Shown: piece by piece, positions 38,604 through 48,445 of the stretch | Layout of the letters: each line of letters starts with the position of its first letter | How positions within the stretch are numbered: position 1 is the stretch's first letter | IMG/VR virus record: IMGVR_UViG_3300030061_003724 | Span: 1 to 64,000 of that record | Source of the DNA: a virus | Direction: 5' to 3' (one strand) | DNA: 64,000 nucleotides | The notes under the pieces: model-generated | The model's database searches: none | What the model was told of the DNA's origin: nothing | Seen by the model: only the letters and a program-made list of their open reading frames with translations | Position numbers and translations under genes: made by a program

Positions 38604-38843
38604 CTAGTTTTCTTCGTTGTTCTTCTTTCCGAAGATCTTTCCTACTTCAGCTATTCCGAATGAGCCGAGAGTAATGATTACAAATGAATTATAAATGTAA
38701 TCTTGTATTACGAGTTCTTTCCCGTAAATACCTGTAACGATATCTAATACAGCGAATATTACCATCACTGCAAAGGATAAAAATCCTACTACTGATTTTT
38801 CGTTAATGTCGTTGTCGTCTTTAAACAAATTTTTAAATGCCAT
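38604..38843 (-). CDS. small membrane protein (holin-like)
   Basis: Two TM segments and a charged C-terminus; late motif at 38902-38910. Confidence 0.6.
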   Translation of the reverse strand: MAFKNLFKDDNDINEKSVVGFLSFAVMVIFAVLDIVTGIYGKELVIQDYIYNSFVIITLGSFGIAEVGKIFGKKNNEEN

Positions 38844-38909
38844 AATAATTCTATTTAAATTAGTTAATAAAACTATTGAATGGAACCTTTTTGGTTGTGA
38901 TTATAAATA

Positions 38910-39335
38910 TTAGAATTTATCAGAGCTTTGTGCCTCTTTAATAGCTTCTTCAACATCTGATTTATCTGCTGGGAATTCTAGATCTAATCCAGCTTTGAAT
39001 TTTGTTTCAATTATGCCATCAAATATAATAAACATTGTTGGGGCCATTCTAACTCTGTATTTTTTAGTTGCTACAGGAGCATTAGCAATATTTACTCTAT
39101 AATAGTCTATATTTGGGTCATCTGCTAATTCTTTCCAATGAGGGTAACAATTAGCTTCATTAAATTTAGCCCAATATTCAACTACTACAACTTTACTATC
39201 ATCATCTCCAAATGCAGATTTTCCATTTATTACGTCTTCGTAATTTGAATCATCTAACCAATATTTTTCAGGTACGTCCTGTTGTCCAAATAAAATTGAG
39301 GGTATTGCTATTAGTAAAAAAAGAAGGTTTTTCAT
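38910..39335 (-). CDS. exported thioredoxin-fold protein lacking CxxC
   Basis: Signal peptide, VVVEYWAKFN, YRV..APT cis-Pro loop. Confidence 0.6.
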   Translation of the reverse strand: MKNLLFLLIAIPSILFGQQDVPEKYWLDDSNYEDVINGKSAFGDDDSKVVVVEYWAKFNEANCYPHWKELADDPNIDYYRVNIANAPVATKKYRVRMAPTMFIIFDGIIETKFKAGLDLEFPADKSDVEEAIKEAQSSDKF

Positions 39336-39338
39336 AGG

Positions 39339-39620
39339 TTATTTTTTCTGTAACTCGTAAAGACGTTCATCTATCTTCTCCAATTCCTCTAAAATTTTAT
39401 CTACGTCTTCTTGAGTATCCATTATTGTTTGTCGAACCAATTCATCTTTCAAATCATATTCAACTCTATCAATTACTGGTTCTGGAAGTTCTTTTGCTAG
39501 AGCTATATCTGCTTTTAATGTAAACCACATTAGTGCTAATGAAACTGCTCCTGCTAGTAACATTCCAATCGTTTTTAAGTCTAAAGTAACCTTAGTATCT
39601 TCGCCTATTTGTTTTGCCAT
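39339..39620 (-). CDS. single-TM coiled-coil protein
   Basis: KVTLDLKTIG..WFTLKADIA resembles 37951-38274. Confidence 0.65.
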   Translation of the reverse strand: MAKQIGEDTKVTLDLKTIGMLLAGAVSLALMWFTLKADIALAKELPEPVIDRVEYDLKDELVRQTIMDTQEDVDKILEELEKIDERLYELQKK

Positions 39621-39621
39621 T

Positions 39622-40857
39622 TTATCTAAATGTATAATTTAATCCAAATGAAGTTATAAACATTTTAGAATCCCACATTCTTGTATATTCTGTATCTGCA
39701 AAGATTCCTAATGATTTTGTTATTTTCCATCCAAAATTAGCTCCTGCTTGATAATCCCACCATTGATCACCTTCTGCTGCATCAGCTAATCCATATTGAT
39801 CCCAACTATCTCTAAATAAGTAAGATAATGGAACTCTACCATAATCATCTTTATCACCTCTTACATACTTGTGATAAGGTAAATATGCGGTTCCGTATAA
39901 GTGTAACCAGAAATTTGATTTATAATGGTAAAAATCAAATCCTACTACTGGACTTACTAATCCAAATTGAGATGTGTTACCTAAAATTTCTGCGTTATAT
40001 TGTGAAATTAATCTTTTGTAAGGTCCATCTCTAAATTCTAAATCTGAAGATGCGATTCTATTTCCGTTTGGATCCCACCAAAAATAACCACCAATATTTT
40101 GTTGTTGTCCTGTTACAGGATTTTCAATTGTTGTAGTATAATAAGCATCTTGATAACCATATTCATAAGCTAATTCATACCAATAATTTTGTTGTGAACC
40201 ATCATCATTTAAAGCACTAACCCAAATTTCATAAGGATTAACACCATAAACTCTTTCGTGTGTTCTATAAGCAGCACCAGCTGAAAGGGCAAATTTCTTT
40301 CCAATTGGTAATCTAGCTCTTACATCAGCAGAATTGTAATTGAAATCATAGGCGCCTTGAAATCGTGACTCTAATTTTACAATGTGGTATTTTCCAGTAT
40401 GTCTTAAGAAGTATCTTTGATTTTCCCACTCTTCACCTCTACGTCTCTCTTTTTCCCAATGGAATAGATATTCCCAACCTTGTACTGCAGAGGTAGGAGC
40501 TAATAAAGCGTTTTGTCTTTCTAAATTTTGATCTCCAGTCCAAAAGTTACCTGGTTTTCTTTCGTAATCAAATCTACCTAATTTACGAATACCAAATCCG
40601 ATTCTGTAATCTGAAGGGAAATACTCAGTTACATCTACTACTTCTGGTACATCATAAATTCCAGCACCATCTGGAGTTCTAATTAAATATTTTTTGTCTG
40701 ATGATTCGTATGCTGATCTATAATCACCAGCACCGTATACTGTAGCATATTTAAAGAAATCATTGTAAAATTCTTTGAATATGTTTTTCTTTTCCTTTTC
40801 TTGAGCCGTAGCAGGAATTGCTAGGAATAATGCAACAATTAATAAGAATATTCTCAT
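39622..40857 (-). CDS. putative outer-membrane beta-barrel protein
   Basis: Sec signal (ATA-Q), aromatic-rich alternating strands, C-terminal GLNYTF. Confidence 0.65.
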   Translation of the reverse strand: MRIFLLIVALFLAIPATAQEKEKKNIFKEFYNDFFKYATVYGAGDYRSAYESSDKKYLIRTPDGAGIYDVPEVVDVTEYFPSDYRIGFGIRKLGRFDYERKPGNFWTGDQNLERQNALLAPTSAVQGWEYLFHWEKERRRGEEWENQRYFLRHTGKYHIVKLESRFQGAYDFNYNSADVRARLPIGKKFALSAGAAYRTHERVYGVNPYEIWVSALNDDGSQQNYWYELAYEYGYQDAYYTTTIENPVTGQQQNIGGYFWWDPNGNRIASSDLEFRDGPYKRLISQYNAEILGNTSQFGLVSPVVGFDFYHYKSNFWLHLYGTAYLPYHKYVRGDKDDYGRVPLSYLFRDSWDQYGLADAAEGDQWWDYQAGANFGWKITKSLGIFADTEYTRMWDSKMFITSFGLNYTFR

Positions 40858-40911
40858 ATTAATATCTGTTTATGTTTGTCGATAAATATGAACAAATATC
40901 CTTAGATGCGT

Positions 40912-42624
40912 CTATCCATCACAGGAAACGCAATCAGCCATACGAGATCCTAAATCTCCTTTAATTACTGAATCAGTTCGTAAATAATAGAATGTTTTGA
41001 CACCTAACTTCCAACCTTCCATATGCACTTGATTGATCCATTTTGGTGAATCATTAGGGTCAAATGATAAATTTAATGATTGAGTTTGGTCAATATATTT
41101 TTGTCTTTCAGCTGCTTGTTTTACTAATTCTAATTGGTTTGTTTCTGAGAAAGTTAAAAATACTTCTTTTTCATCTGCCGTTAAAATATTATCTGGTAGA
41201 TTTAATACTGATCCACCTTCTTGTAACATTTGATCCCACCATTTATTTTTATTTTCTCCTTTAGATTCAAGTAACGCTTCTAATACTTTATTCTTTCTAA
41301 TAAAAGTACCTTTAGCACCGTTAAAAGTATAAACATTAGCAGGTAAAGGTTCAATACCAGCAGAAATACCACCACAAATTACAGAATTTGATACTGTAGG
41401 GGCTACAGCAAGCAGGTGAGTATTTCTCATACCAGTACCTTTACACCATAATGGTTCACCATATTCTTGAGCTAATTCCATAGAAGCAGATTCAGCTTCC
41501 ATTCTAATTTTATTAAAAATATTTCTTGTATGAACTGTAGATGCTACTGATGCAAAGGGTAAATTTTTCTGTTGTAAAAATGTATGCCAACCCATTACAC
41601 CTAAACCTAATGCTCTACCTTTTCTAGCATGGTTATGTGTTCTTTTTAATGAATCTTTACCATTTGATTTATCAATAAATTCTTGCATTACACCATCTAA
41701 AAACCAAATTGCAGTTTGAATACAATCTGTGTCTTTATATTCTTCCCATTTAGCTAGATTTAAAGATGATAAACAACAAATAAAAGAATGTTCTTCATCT
41801 GTAAATAATGTAATTTCAGAACAAATATTAGTCATAGAAACATCTAAATTGTGCATTCTATAAGCTATAGGATTATTTTTATTTACATTATCCTTAAACA
41901 TAATATAAGGTTCTCCTGTTTCCATTCTTGCTTTAAGAACTTTAGCCCATCTATTCATTGCTTCAGGATCCCTAGCTTCTAGTTTTCTCATAAATGAATC
42001 ACCTACAACAACACACTGATGTAAGTTAAGACATTGTCTATTAGGATCTCCTTTTGGTCTTCTTATTTCTAAAAATTCATCTATATCTTGATGTTCAATA
42101 TCTAAATTAACAGAAGCAGCACCTCTTCTAACATTACCTTGATTTGTTGCAATAATAGCAGAATCATATATTTTACACCATGGTACTACTCCTTCTGATT
42201 TTCCATTGCCAGAAATTTGTGTTCCACGTGGTCTAATACGAGATACACTAATACCTACCCCTCCACCAGAAGCGGTGAGTTTCATTAGTTCTGCGTTAGT
42301 TAAACCAATTCCACGTATTGAATCAGGTGTATCTATCCCAAAACAACTTATTGGTAAACCTCTATCAGTTCCCATATTAGAAATAACTGGTGAAGCTAAT
42401 CCAATCCAACCATTCCAAATATATTTAAAGAATTTATTCGCTAATTCAGGTTTTTTAAGTCTATCTGCTGATGCATTAGCTACCCTTTTATAAGCTTGTT
42501 TTACTGTTTCACCTGGGAGTAAATATCCTTTAGATATTGTTGCTAAAGAAATTTCATCCATCCACTCAGGATATTCTTTTCCTGGTGTCCAATCACTATA
42601 ATCTGCTATTAAATTATTATCCAT
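40912..42624 (-). CDS. nrdA: ribonucleotide reductase class Ia alpha subunit (no ATP cone)
   Basis: PISCF, GGGVG, RRGA, TNICSEI, CCLSSLNL, APTVS, YYLR, CVSCDG. Confidence 0.96.
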   Translation of the reverse strand: MDNNLIADYSDWTPGKEYPEWMDEISLATISKGYLLPGETVKQAYKRVANASADRLKKPELANKFFKYIWNGWIGLASPVISNMGTDRGLPISCFGIDTPDSIRGIGLTNAELMKLTASGGGVGISVSRIRPRGTQISGNGKSEGVVPWCKIYDSAIIATNQGNVRRGAASVNLDIEHQDIDEFLEIRRPKGDPNRQCLNLHQCVVVGDSFMRKLEARDPEAMNRWAKVLKARMETGEPYIMFKDNVNKNNPIAYRMHNLDVSMTNICSEITLFTDEEHSFICCLSSLNLAKWEEYKDTDCIQTAIWFLDGVMQEFIDKSNGKDSLKRTHNHARKGRALGLGVMGWHTFLQQKNLPFASVASTVHTRNIFNKIRMEAESASMELAQEYGEPLWCKGTGMRNTHLLAVAPTVSNSVICGGISAGIEPLPANVYTFNGAKGTFIRKNKVLEALLESKGENKNKWWDQMLQEGGSVLNLPDNILTADEKEVFLTFSETNQLELVKQAAERQKYIDQTQSLNLSFDPNDSPKWINQVHMEGWKLGVKTFYYLRTDSVIKGDLGSRMADCVSCDG

Positions 42625-42631
42625 TTATTTA

Positions 42632-43915
42632 TTAATTACATACTCTTTTACCACCTACTGTTGTAGTTGTACAAGGAGTTGATTTAATTGTTACTGTGTT
42701 TACTAGTGGGTTTCCACTTTGTTTTGCTGGGTTAGTAGCCCATTCTGTTGTATATTTCCAACTATTATCGTCAGAATATATTGTTCCATCCATAGGTGCA
42801 CCTGATTGATTCCAATATACACAATGCATTTGTCCATTAAAATAATTATAAGTCATTCTAAATTGACCATTTGTAGGAACTGGTTTTATTCCTGTTGGAG
42901 GGTTTAATCCTGGGATAATAATAAAATCCGAACCTGAATTTGCATGGGAATTAGATTCAACATCTGCTTTACCTCCATTTGCTGGAATAACCCAAGTTTG
43001 ATCTTTTCTATCAACACCCCAAGTTGCTTTAACTGTCATGTCTTGGTCTGTATCGTTAATAAATGTTACTCTTACTGTAACAGGATCTGATTCTAATTTT
43101 TCTACTACACTTTCTGCTGTTACTCTTACATTTGAGATAGTATATTCTGATCCACCTTTACATAAATCAGACCAACTATTACAATTAGGGTCACTATAAT
43201 TATATAAATTATCAGGATTAGGTGAAAATCCTTGCCATAATGAAGCAACAACTTTATATCCTTTTTCCATGTTTTCTTTTAAACCATCTAAGCTAGTTAA
43301 TCCACTTCCTGGACCTGCTTCATTATTTTTAAAATCATATACTACTACACTATTATCTCCTTGAACATAAGTAGTTGTCATATTAGTATAATCATCATTA
43401 AATTCAGTTACAATATCAAATGGTAATGAAGGATCTATTTTACTTGCATCTACAATACCAGTACCAGTTGTTCCAGTAAAACAAGAAGTATCTCCTCCTA
43501 AAAATGCCCATTGATAGTTTTGAGTTTTATTTATGTGTATTGTTGCCTGAGTAGCTACATTTCCATTAGTTTCTAAAAAATCTATTTCATCACAACAGTT
43601 TGTACAACCATCACCAGAATCACAATATTCTGTTTCATTCATAACTAAATAAAAAGTTGCATTAACAAACTTTTGACCTGCTAATTTTGAAATATCTACT
43701 GTTGCTGAGATTTTAGAAATATTTTTATATCCTTGAGCAGAACGAACTCTACCCGGATTAAAAAATACCTTATCCTCTCCAATTACAGGAGCACCTTGAT
43801 CACATTTTTGATTGAAGTCAAGATTAAAAGTAGGGGTAAATTCTTGTACTGAAACTTCCGAATTATTACATCCTATAAAAATAAGAGATAATAAAATAAT
43901 TAAATAATTTTTCAT
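42632..43915 (-). CDS. lipoprotein with a GH7-like (clan GH-B) glycoside hydrolase domain and an unknown C-terminal domain
   Basis: Lipobox FIGC; VDISKL, NATFYLV, YCD, CCDEIDFLETN...TIH, IDPSLPFDIVTEF, YVQG, GYKVVASLW, ISNVR. Confidence 0.7.
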   Translation of the reverse strand: MKNYLIILLSLIFIGCNNSEVSVQEFTPTFNLDFNQKCDQGAPVIGEDKVFFNPGRVRSAQGYKNISKISATVDISKLAGQKFVNATFYLVMNETEYCDSGDGCTNCCDEIDFLETNGNVATQATIHINKTQNYQWAFLGGDTSCFTGTTGTGIVDASKIDPSLPFDIVTEFNDDYTNMTTTYVQGDNSVVVYDFKNNEAGPGSGLTSLDGLKENMEKGYKVVASLWQGFSPNPDNLYNYSDPNCNSWSDLCKGGSEYTISNVRVTAESVVEKLESDPVTVRVTFINDTDQDMTVKATWGVDRKDQTWVIPANGGKADVESNSHANSGSDFIIIPGLNPPTGIKPVPTNGQFRMTYNYFNGQMHCVYWNQSGAPMDGTIYSDDNSWKYTTEWATNPAKQSGNPLVNTVTIKSTPCTTTTVGGKRVCN

Positions 43916-43940
43916 TTTTGTTTTTGTTTTTTATTAATAA

Positions 43941-44927
43941 TTAAAATAATGATGCGGCATCCCAATTTTGAACACCTTTTGAGTAATTAGTTACTCTATT
44001 TGCAAAGAAATCTGTATGTTGTTTTCCACCTGATAGATTATCAAACCAACTCATTCTTTGTACTGCTTCTTTATCTATTCCATTTACAATTGATCCATAT
44101 CCTAGATCACTCATTTTTGTATTTACTCTATGTTTAATAAATGATATTAAATCATATTTTGGGCATCCATTTAAGTCACCCATCTCATAAACTTTATCAA
44201 TAAAATCTAATTCTAATTTTAAAGATAATCTAGCTGCTTCTTCAATATCAGCTTTTAATTTAGGTGTATCTAGTTCAGGATGTTCTTTAAGTAAAGTTCT
44301 AAATAACCAACACCCAGCATCTGAATGTAGTGATTCGTCTCTAATACTCCACTCAACTATTTGTCCTACTCCTTTTAGTTTATTATCTAGTTTAAATGAT
44401 AATAAAACAGCAAAAGAAGAAAATAAATTAACTCCTTCTGTAAATGCAGAAAAGATTGCTAATGATTTAGCTCTTTCATGCCAATTAGGAGTTCCATCAT
44501 GAGCATCTCTTACATTCATTAATGTTTCAATTTTAGCCATTGTGGTTTCATCCTCTAAAAATTCTGCAAAATCATCTAAACCTAATTCTTCGTTTAGTAA
44601 AGAATAAGCTTCCGCATGAATAGTTTCGAAAGCTCCAAATGTTACTGCCATTTTAATTACTTCAGGTTTTCTAAACCACTTTGTAACTAATGATGACCAA
44701 TAATCATTTACTACAGTCTCTGTTTGAGCAAAACCTTTTAGAATAGAACCTATAATATTTTTTTCTGTGTCAGATAAGTTTTGCTTCCAATCGTTTACAT
44801 CTGACATCATTGGTACTTCAGTATGAAGCCAATGCGCTTGTTGTTGTTTCATCCAGTAATCATGTGCTTCTGGATACTCAAACGGTTTATAAACGATACG
44901 TTCCTGCAATAAAGATGTTTTTGCCAT
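43941..44927 (-). CDS. nrdB: ribonucleotide reductase class Ia beta subunit
   Basis: ETIHAEAY, EGVNLFSSF, RDESLH, DFF..RVTNY. Confidence 0.96.
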   Translation of the reverse strand: MAKTSLLQERIVYKPFEYPEAHDYWMKQQQAHWLHTEVPMMSDVNDWKQNLSDTEKNIIGSILKGFAQTETVVNDYWSSLVTKWFRKPEVIKMAVTFGAFETIHAEAYSLLNEELGLDDFAEFLEDETTMAKIETLMNVRDAHDGTPNWHERAKSLAIFSAFTEGVNLFSSFAVLLSFKLDNKLKGVGQIVEWSIRDESLHSDAGCWLFRTLLKEHPELDTPKLKADIEEAARLSLKLELDFIDKVYEMGDLNGCPKYDLISFIKHRVNTKMSDLGYGSIVNGIDKEAVQRMSWFDNLSGGKQHTDFFANRVTNYSKGVQNWDAASLF

Positions 44928-44946
44928 ATTAAATTGTTTTAGTAAA

Positions 44947-46332
44947 TTATTTTTTTAGTTCAAAAAAACCAGGGTCATAAGCTTTTTTTAACTTTGCTCT
45001 ATCGAACTTATCTACATCAGTATCAAACTTGTTTGTTTTTGGGGCTGTTGTAAGATGTTCATCTTCGGTTAAGTCAGTATTATAGTGATGGACTTCAAAA
45101 TGGCCTGTAGACGTATCTGCTTTTACAGCAAATGTAAGACCATCTATACCATATCTATTTTTCATAATATGAAATCTACCTGTGTTATTAACTTTGTCCT
45201 CTTTTTTCCTTGATAAAGACATTGCGAAATCAGAGATCATCAACTTGTCATAGGAACCAGCTGCTTTATCTCCTTCAATTATCTCATCGTTTGCACCAGC
45301 CCTGTTAACCTGAGAAACTGACCAAATAGGAATGTCAAGTTCTCGAGCAAGACCTTTTGTGCTTGTATAAATATCATCAATTTCGTCCTTACGCTCCCTA
45401 TTTTTACGTTTTGATGAAAGTAAGTCAACATAATCAATAATAATTAAATCTGCTTTAACTCCCATCCCTTCAACTTTCTTAAGATGTGATTCAATTGTTG
45501 ACATAGTTGCACGTCCTGTAGGGTATTCTTTAATTATTAACCTACCTGGTAATTGAGGGATAACCTCTTCTGCTTTTTCTCTAAGTGGATTAGTTTGATT
45601 AACTGGTATATTAGTAAAGAAGGCGTCATATCGCTTTCCTACATAAGCTTCACCTAATTCTAAAGTATAATGAATAACATTATAACCTAATCTAACAGCA
45701 TAACCTCCTAATGCTACCAGAGACCACGACTTACCACCTCCTGGGCTACCAAATATGAGGCCAAAATCTCCATTTCCCAATCCGCCTTGTAAAATATCAT
45801 TAATTTTATTCCATGGCGTTGGTATAACTGTTCTTGAATTTTCTCTATATCGTTCTTCAATGTCTTTAACATATTCATGTCCTACGTTTTTATCCTGTCC
45901 TGCTTTTAATGCACCTTCAACTAAAAATCTAATGCCTTCAAAATCACCTGCTTTTAGTAGATCAACAGAACTCATTAGAGCCTTTTTTAACTGTTGGTTT
46001 CTACAAAAATTAGTAAATTCTTCTTGAACATATTTTAGATCATCATCTGAAGCTACATATGCTAATTTTAGTTGCTCCTTAATTGATAATTGCAGAACAT
46101 CATTATCAACTTTTTGTAATTCAACCTTTAAAATATCTAATGTTGGTGTAGTATGATATTTATCGTAATAATTTAATATTTGTTTTATACACCATTTGTG
46201 TGCACTATTTTCAAAAAATTCTTCACTGATAATATCATGTATATTAACTAAAAAATCCTTATGAGTTAATAACGATGATAACGCTTTAATCTGGAAATCG
46301 TGTCCGTATTGATTTAATGTTTGTAGTGTCAA
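44947..46332 (-). CDS. DnaB/gp41-like replicative helicase
   Basis: GSPGGGKS, YTLE, IIDYVDL, SQVNR, KNRYG. Confidence 0.93.
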   Translation of the reverse strand: MTLQTLNQYGHDFQIKALSSLLTHKDFLVNIHDIISEEFFENSAHKWCIKQILNYYDKYHTTPTLDILKVELQKVDNDVLQLSIKEQLKLAYVASDDDLKYVQEEFTNFCRNQQLKKALMSSVDLLKAGDFEGIRFLVEGALKAGQDKNVGHEYVKDIEERYRENSRTVIPTPWNKINDILQGGLGNGDFGLIFGSPGGGKSWSLVALGGYAVRLGYNVIHYTLELGEAYVGKRYDAFFTNIPVNQTNPLREKAEEVIPQLPGRLIIKEYPTGRATMSTIESHLKKVEGMGVKADLIIIDYVDLLSSKRKNRERKDEIDDIYTSTKGLARELDIPIWSVSQVNRAGANDEIIEGDKAAGSYDKLMISDFAMSLSRKKEDKVNNTGRFHIMKNRYGIDGLTFAVKADTSTGHFEVHHYNTDLTEDEHLTTAPKTNKFDTDVDKFDRAKLKKAYDPGFFELKK

Positions 46333-47369
46333 TTTTTATAACCTTTAAAATGTAAAAATATATCTTTTAACCATGTATCTAAATTCCTAATCATACCTCC
46401 TAATTTGTCTTCATTATAAAATTGAATAAACATTTCAGAGTTTAATTCAGGTGTTTCTTCTGCTATTAGATCATCAAGATAATCCTTTTCCCTTTCATTA
46501 ATCATAGGAGTACTTAGATCCATAATTTTATAATTAGTTTCTAATCTACTTTGATCCTGAACTATTCGTGAATATACAACATGGTCTTTAAATTTCCTAG
46601 TAGAAATATCAAAAATATCATTTAATGTAAGAGACTCAGTTTGTAATTCAGGGAATTTTTTAAATATACCTTTTACACCTAATCCTTTAACTCCTGGAAT
46701 TTTATCTGAATTATCTCCTAGTAATGTTTTGTATAGAATAAAGTTTTCAGTTAGTACACCAAATTTTTCTTTTACTACCTTAGGAGTATAGTATTCTTTC
46801 TCCATTGGTCTGTATAATATAATTTTATCAGTTACTAATTGTACAAAATCTTTATCGCTTGAAACAATAAAACACGTTGAATTATGTTTTTCTACTAATT
46901 TTTCAGCTAATACTGCGATAATATCATCTGCCTCTACTTTATCAATAACTGTAGTTTTAACTGGTAGTAATTTTAGGTATTGAATTATTCTAACTATTTG
47001 ATCTACTTTTGAATCATGTTCTTCTTCTAAATTATCAAATGCATCCCAATTAGTAATACGTCTAATATCTCTATCTTGTTTGTACTCGGAGTGCAAGTTC
47101 TTACGACTAGCGGTAGAACCTGCACCATCGAATACTACATAAACAGAAGTAGGGTTAGTTTGTCTGATCATTGCTCCTAAAGAACGAAAGAACCCACCTA
47201 ACCCTCCAATGTGGATTCCATCAGGATTTACCATATTCATCATTGCAAAGTTTCTAAAAAATAGATTTAAACCATCTATTAATAGTACTTTATCATGTCT
47301 ATTTTCTACAGTTTCCTCCCCTTGCTCTTGGACTTCGTCCAACAACTTAAATAGTTCTTTATGCTTCAT
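46329..47369 (-). CDS. 5'-3' exonuclease (T4 RNase H/FEN-like)
   Basis: LIDGLN, VFDG, EADD, SSDKD, GDNSDKIPGV.G.G. Confidence 0.93.
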   Translation of the reverse strand: MKHKELFKLLDEVQEQGEETVENRHDKVLLIDGLNLFFRNFAMMNMVNPDGIHIGGLGGFFRSLGAMIRQTNPTSVYVVFDGAGSTASRKNLHSEYKQDRDIRRITNWDAFDNLEEEHDSKVDQIVRIIQYLKLLPVKTTVIDKVEADDIIAVLAEKLVEKHNSTCFIVSSDKDFVQLVTDKIILYRPMEKEYYTPKVVKEKFGVLTENFILYKTLLGDNSDKIPGVKGLGVKGIFKKFPELQTESLTLNDIFDISTRKFKDHVVYSRIVQDQSRLETNYKIMDLSTPMINEREKDYLDDLIAEETPELNSEMFIQFYNEDKLGGMIRNLDTWLKDIFLHFKGYKN

Positions 47370-47372
47370 AAT

Positions 47373-48443
47373 TTATTCTGGTTCTTTTTCGAAATGTGAA
47401 ATGTTCTCAACATAATTTTCTTCAATGATATCAAAATCACCTCCACCAAGCACTTTAGCCCAATCAGATGAATTATCTGATTTATATTGTTTTAGTTCTT
47501 TATCGTTATCATTAATGAAACCATGTGGAGTCATAACAATTTTTCCCCTCGTAGTAACACCATTAATATGATTCTTGTCAATTTGAATGTTTACTCTTTT
47601 AGCAAATTCAACTTGCTTACCATCTTTAATTGCTTTAATTTTAGATGTACCAGCATTTGAAATATTACCAAATGTAACTACAAATGTAGAATCAAACCAC
47701 ATAGCAAATCCACCTTTATTCATTAATTTAGGTTGACCCATAGGTGATTCTGCTTTTGCTGTCCACACTTTATTAATACAAACTAATGTATTAGTAAATG
47801 GTGATGACTCTTTTCTTGACAATGTAATTCTTTGGTTTACATTATTTCCAAATTGAGTTGACATTGCACCTGCATTCCATTCATTATTATTTTTATTTGA
47901 TTTAATAGACATTTCACAAGGTACTGATCCAATACTATCCCATAAGAATAATAAATCATAAGGTAAATTACCTTTCTTTTGTTCATCTAATAAATCTAAA
48001 ATAAATCCAGCTACGTCTTCAATTGAGTGAATAGTTTCTCTATCAACATAAAGAAAATTACCATCATAATCTACAACTTCACCGTTTTCATCTCTTTCAA
48101 TATTAATGTCTAATCCCATTTGGATTGCATGTTCCCAATTCCATTTCATCTCAGTAATAATGAATACAGGCAGTATTCTACGCTTTTGCGCAGATACTGC
48201 TGCTTCAATTAATGCTGTTGTCTTACCTGTATCGGAGTGTCCTCTTAGTAACACAATGTGTCCCATAGGAATACCAGGAATAGAAGTAACATCTTGGAAT
48301 GCTTTTGATAAAGGTAACCATTCTTGGTCCTTAAATTTAACATTCTTGTCTAGTCCTTTCTTATTCTTAAAACTTGATAAATCAAATTTAGATTGGATTT
48401 CTTTAGAGACTGCCGCCGATAATGATTTCTTTTGTCTCGCCAT
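47373..48443 (-). CDS. RecA/UvsX-like recombinase
   Basis: GHSDTGKT, WDSIG, KGG. Confidence 0.88.
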   Translation of the reverse strand: MARQKKSLSAAVSKEIQSKFDLSSFKNKKGLDKNVKFKDQEWLPLSKAFQDVTSIPGIPMGHIVLLRGHSDTGKTTALIEAAVSAQKRRILPVFIITEMKWNWEHAIQMGLDINIERDENGEVVDYDGNFLYVDRETIHSIEDVAGFILDLLDEQKKGNLPYDLLFLWDSIGSVPCEMSIKSNKNNNEWNAGAMSTQFGNNVNQRITLSRKESSPFTNTLVCINKVWTAKAESPMGQPKLMNKGGFAMWFDSTFVVTFGNISNAGTSKIKAIKDGKQVEFAKRVNIQIDKNHINGVTTRGKIVMTPHGFINDNDKELKQYKSDNSSDWAKVLGGGDFDIIEENYVENISHFEKEPE

Positions 48444-48445
48444 AC

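Noticed and set aside
40912-46332. Inteins or homing endonucleases in nrdA, nrdB or the helicase
   Set aside because: Protein lengths and motif spacing are normal, and the gene between nrdB and nrdA has no nuclease motifs.
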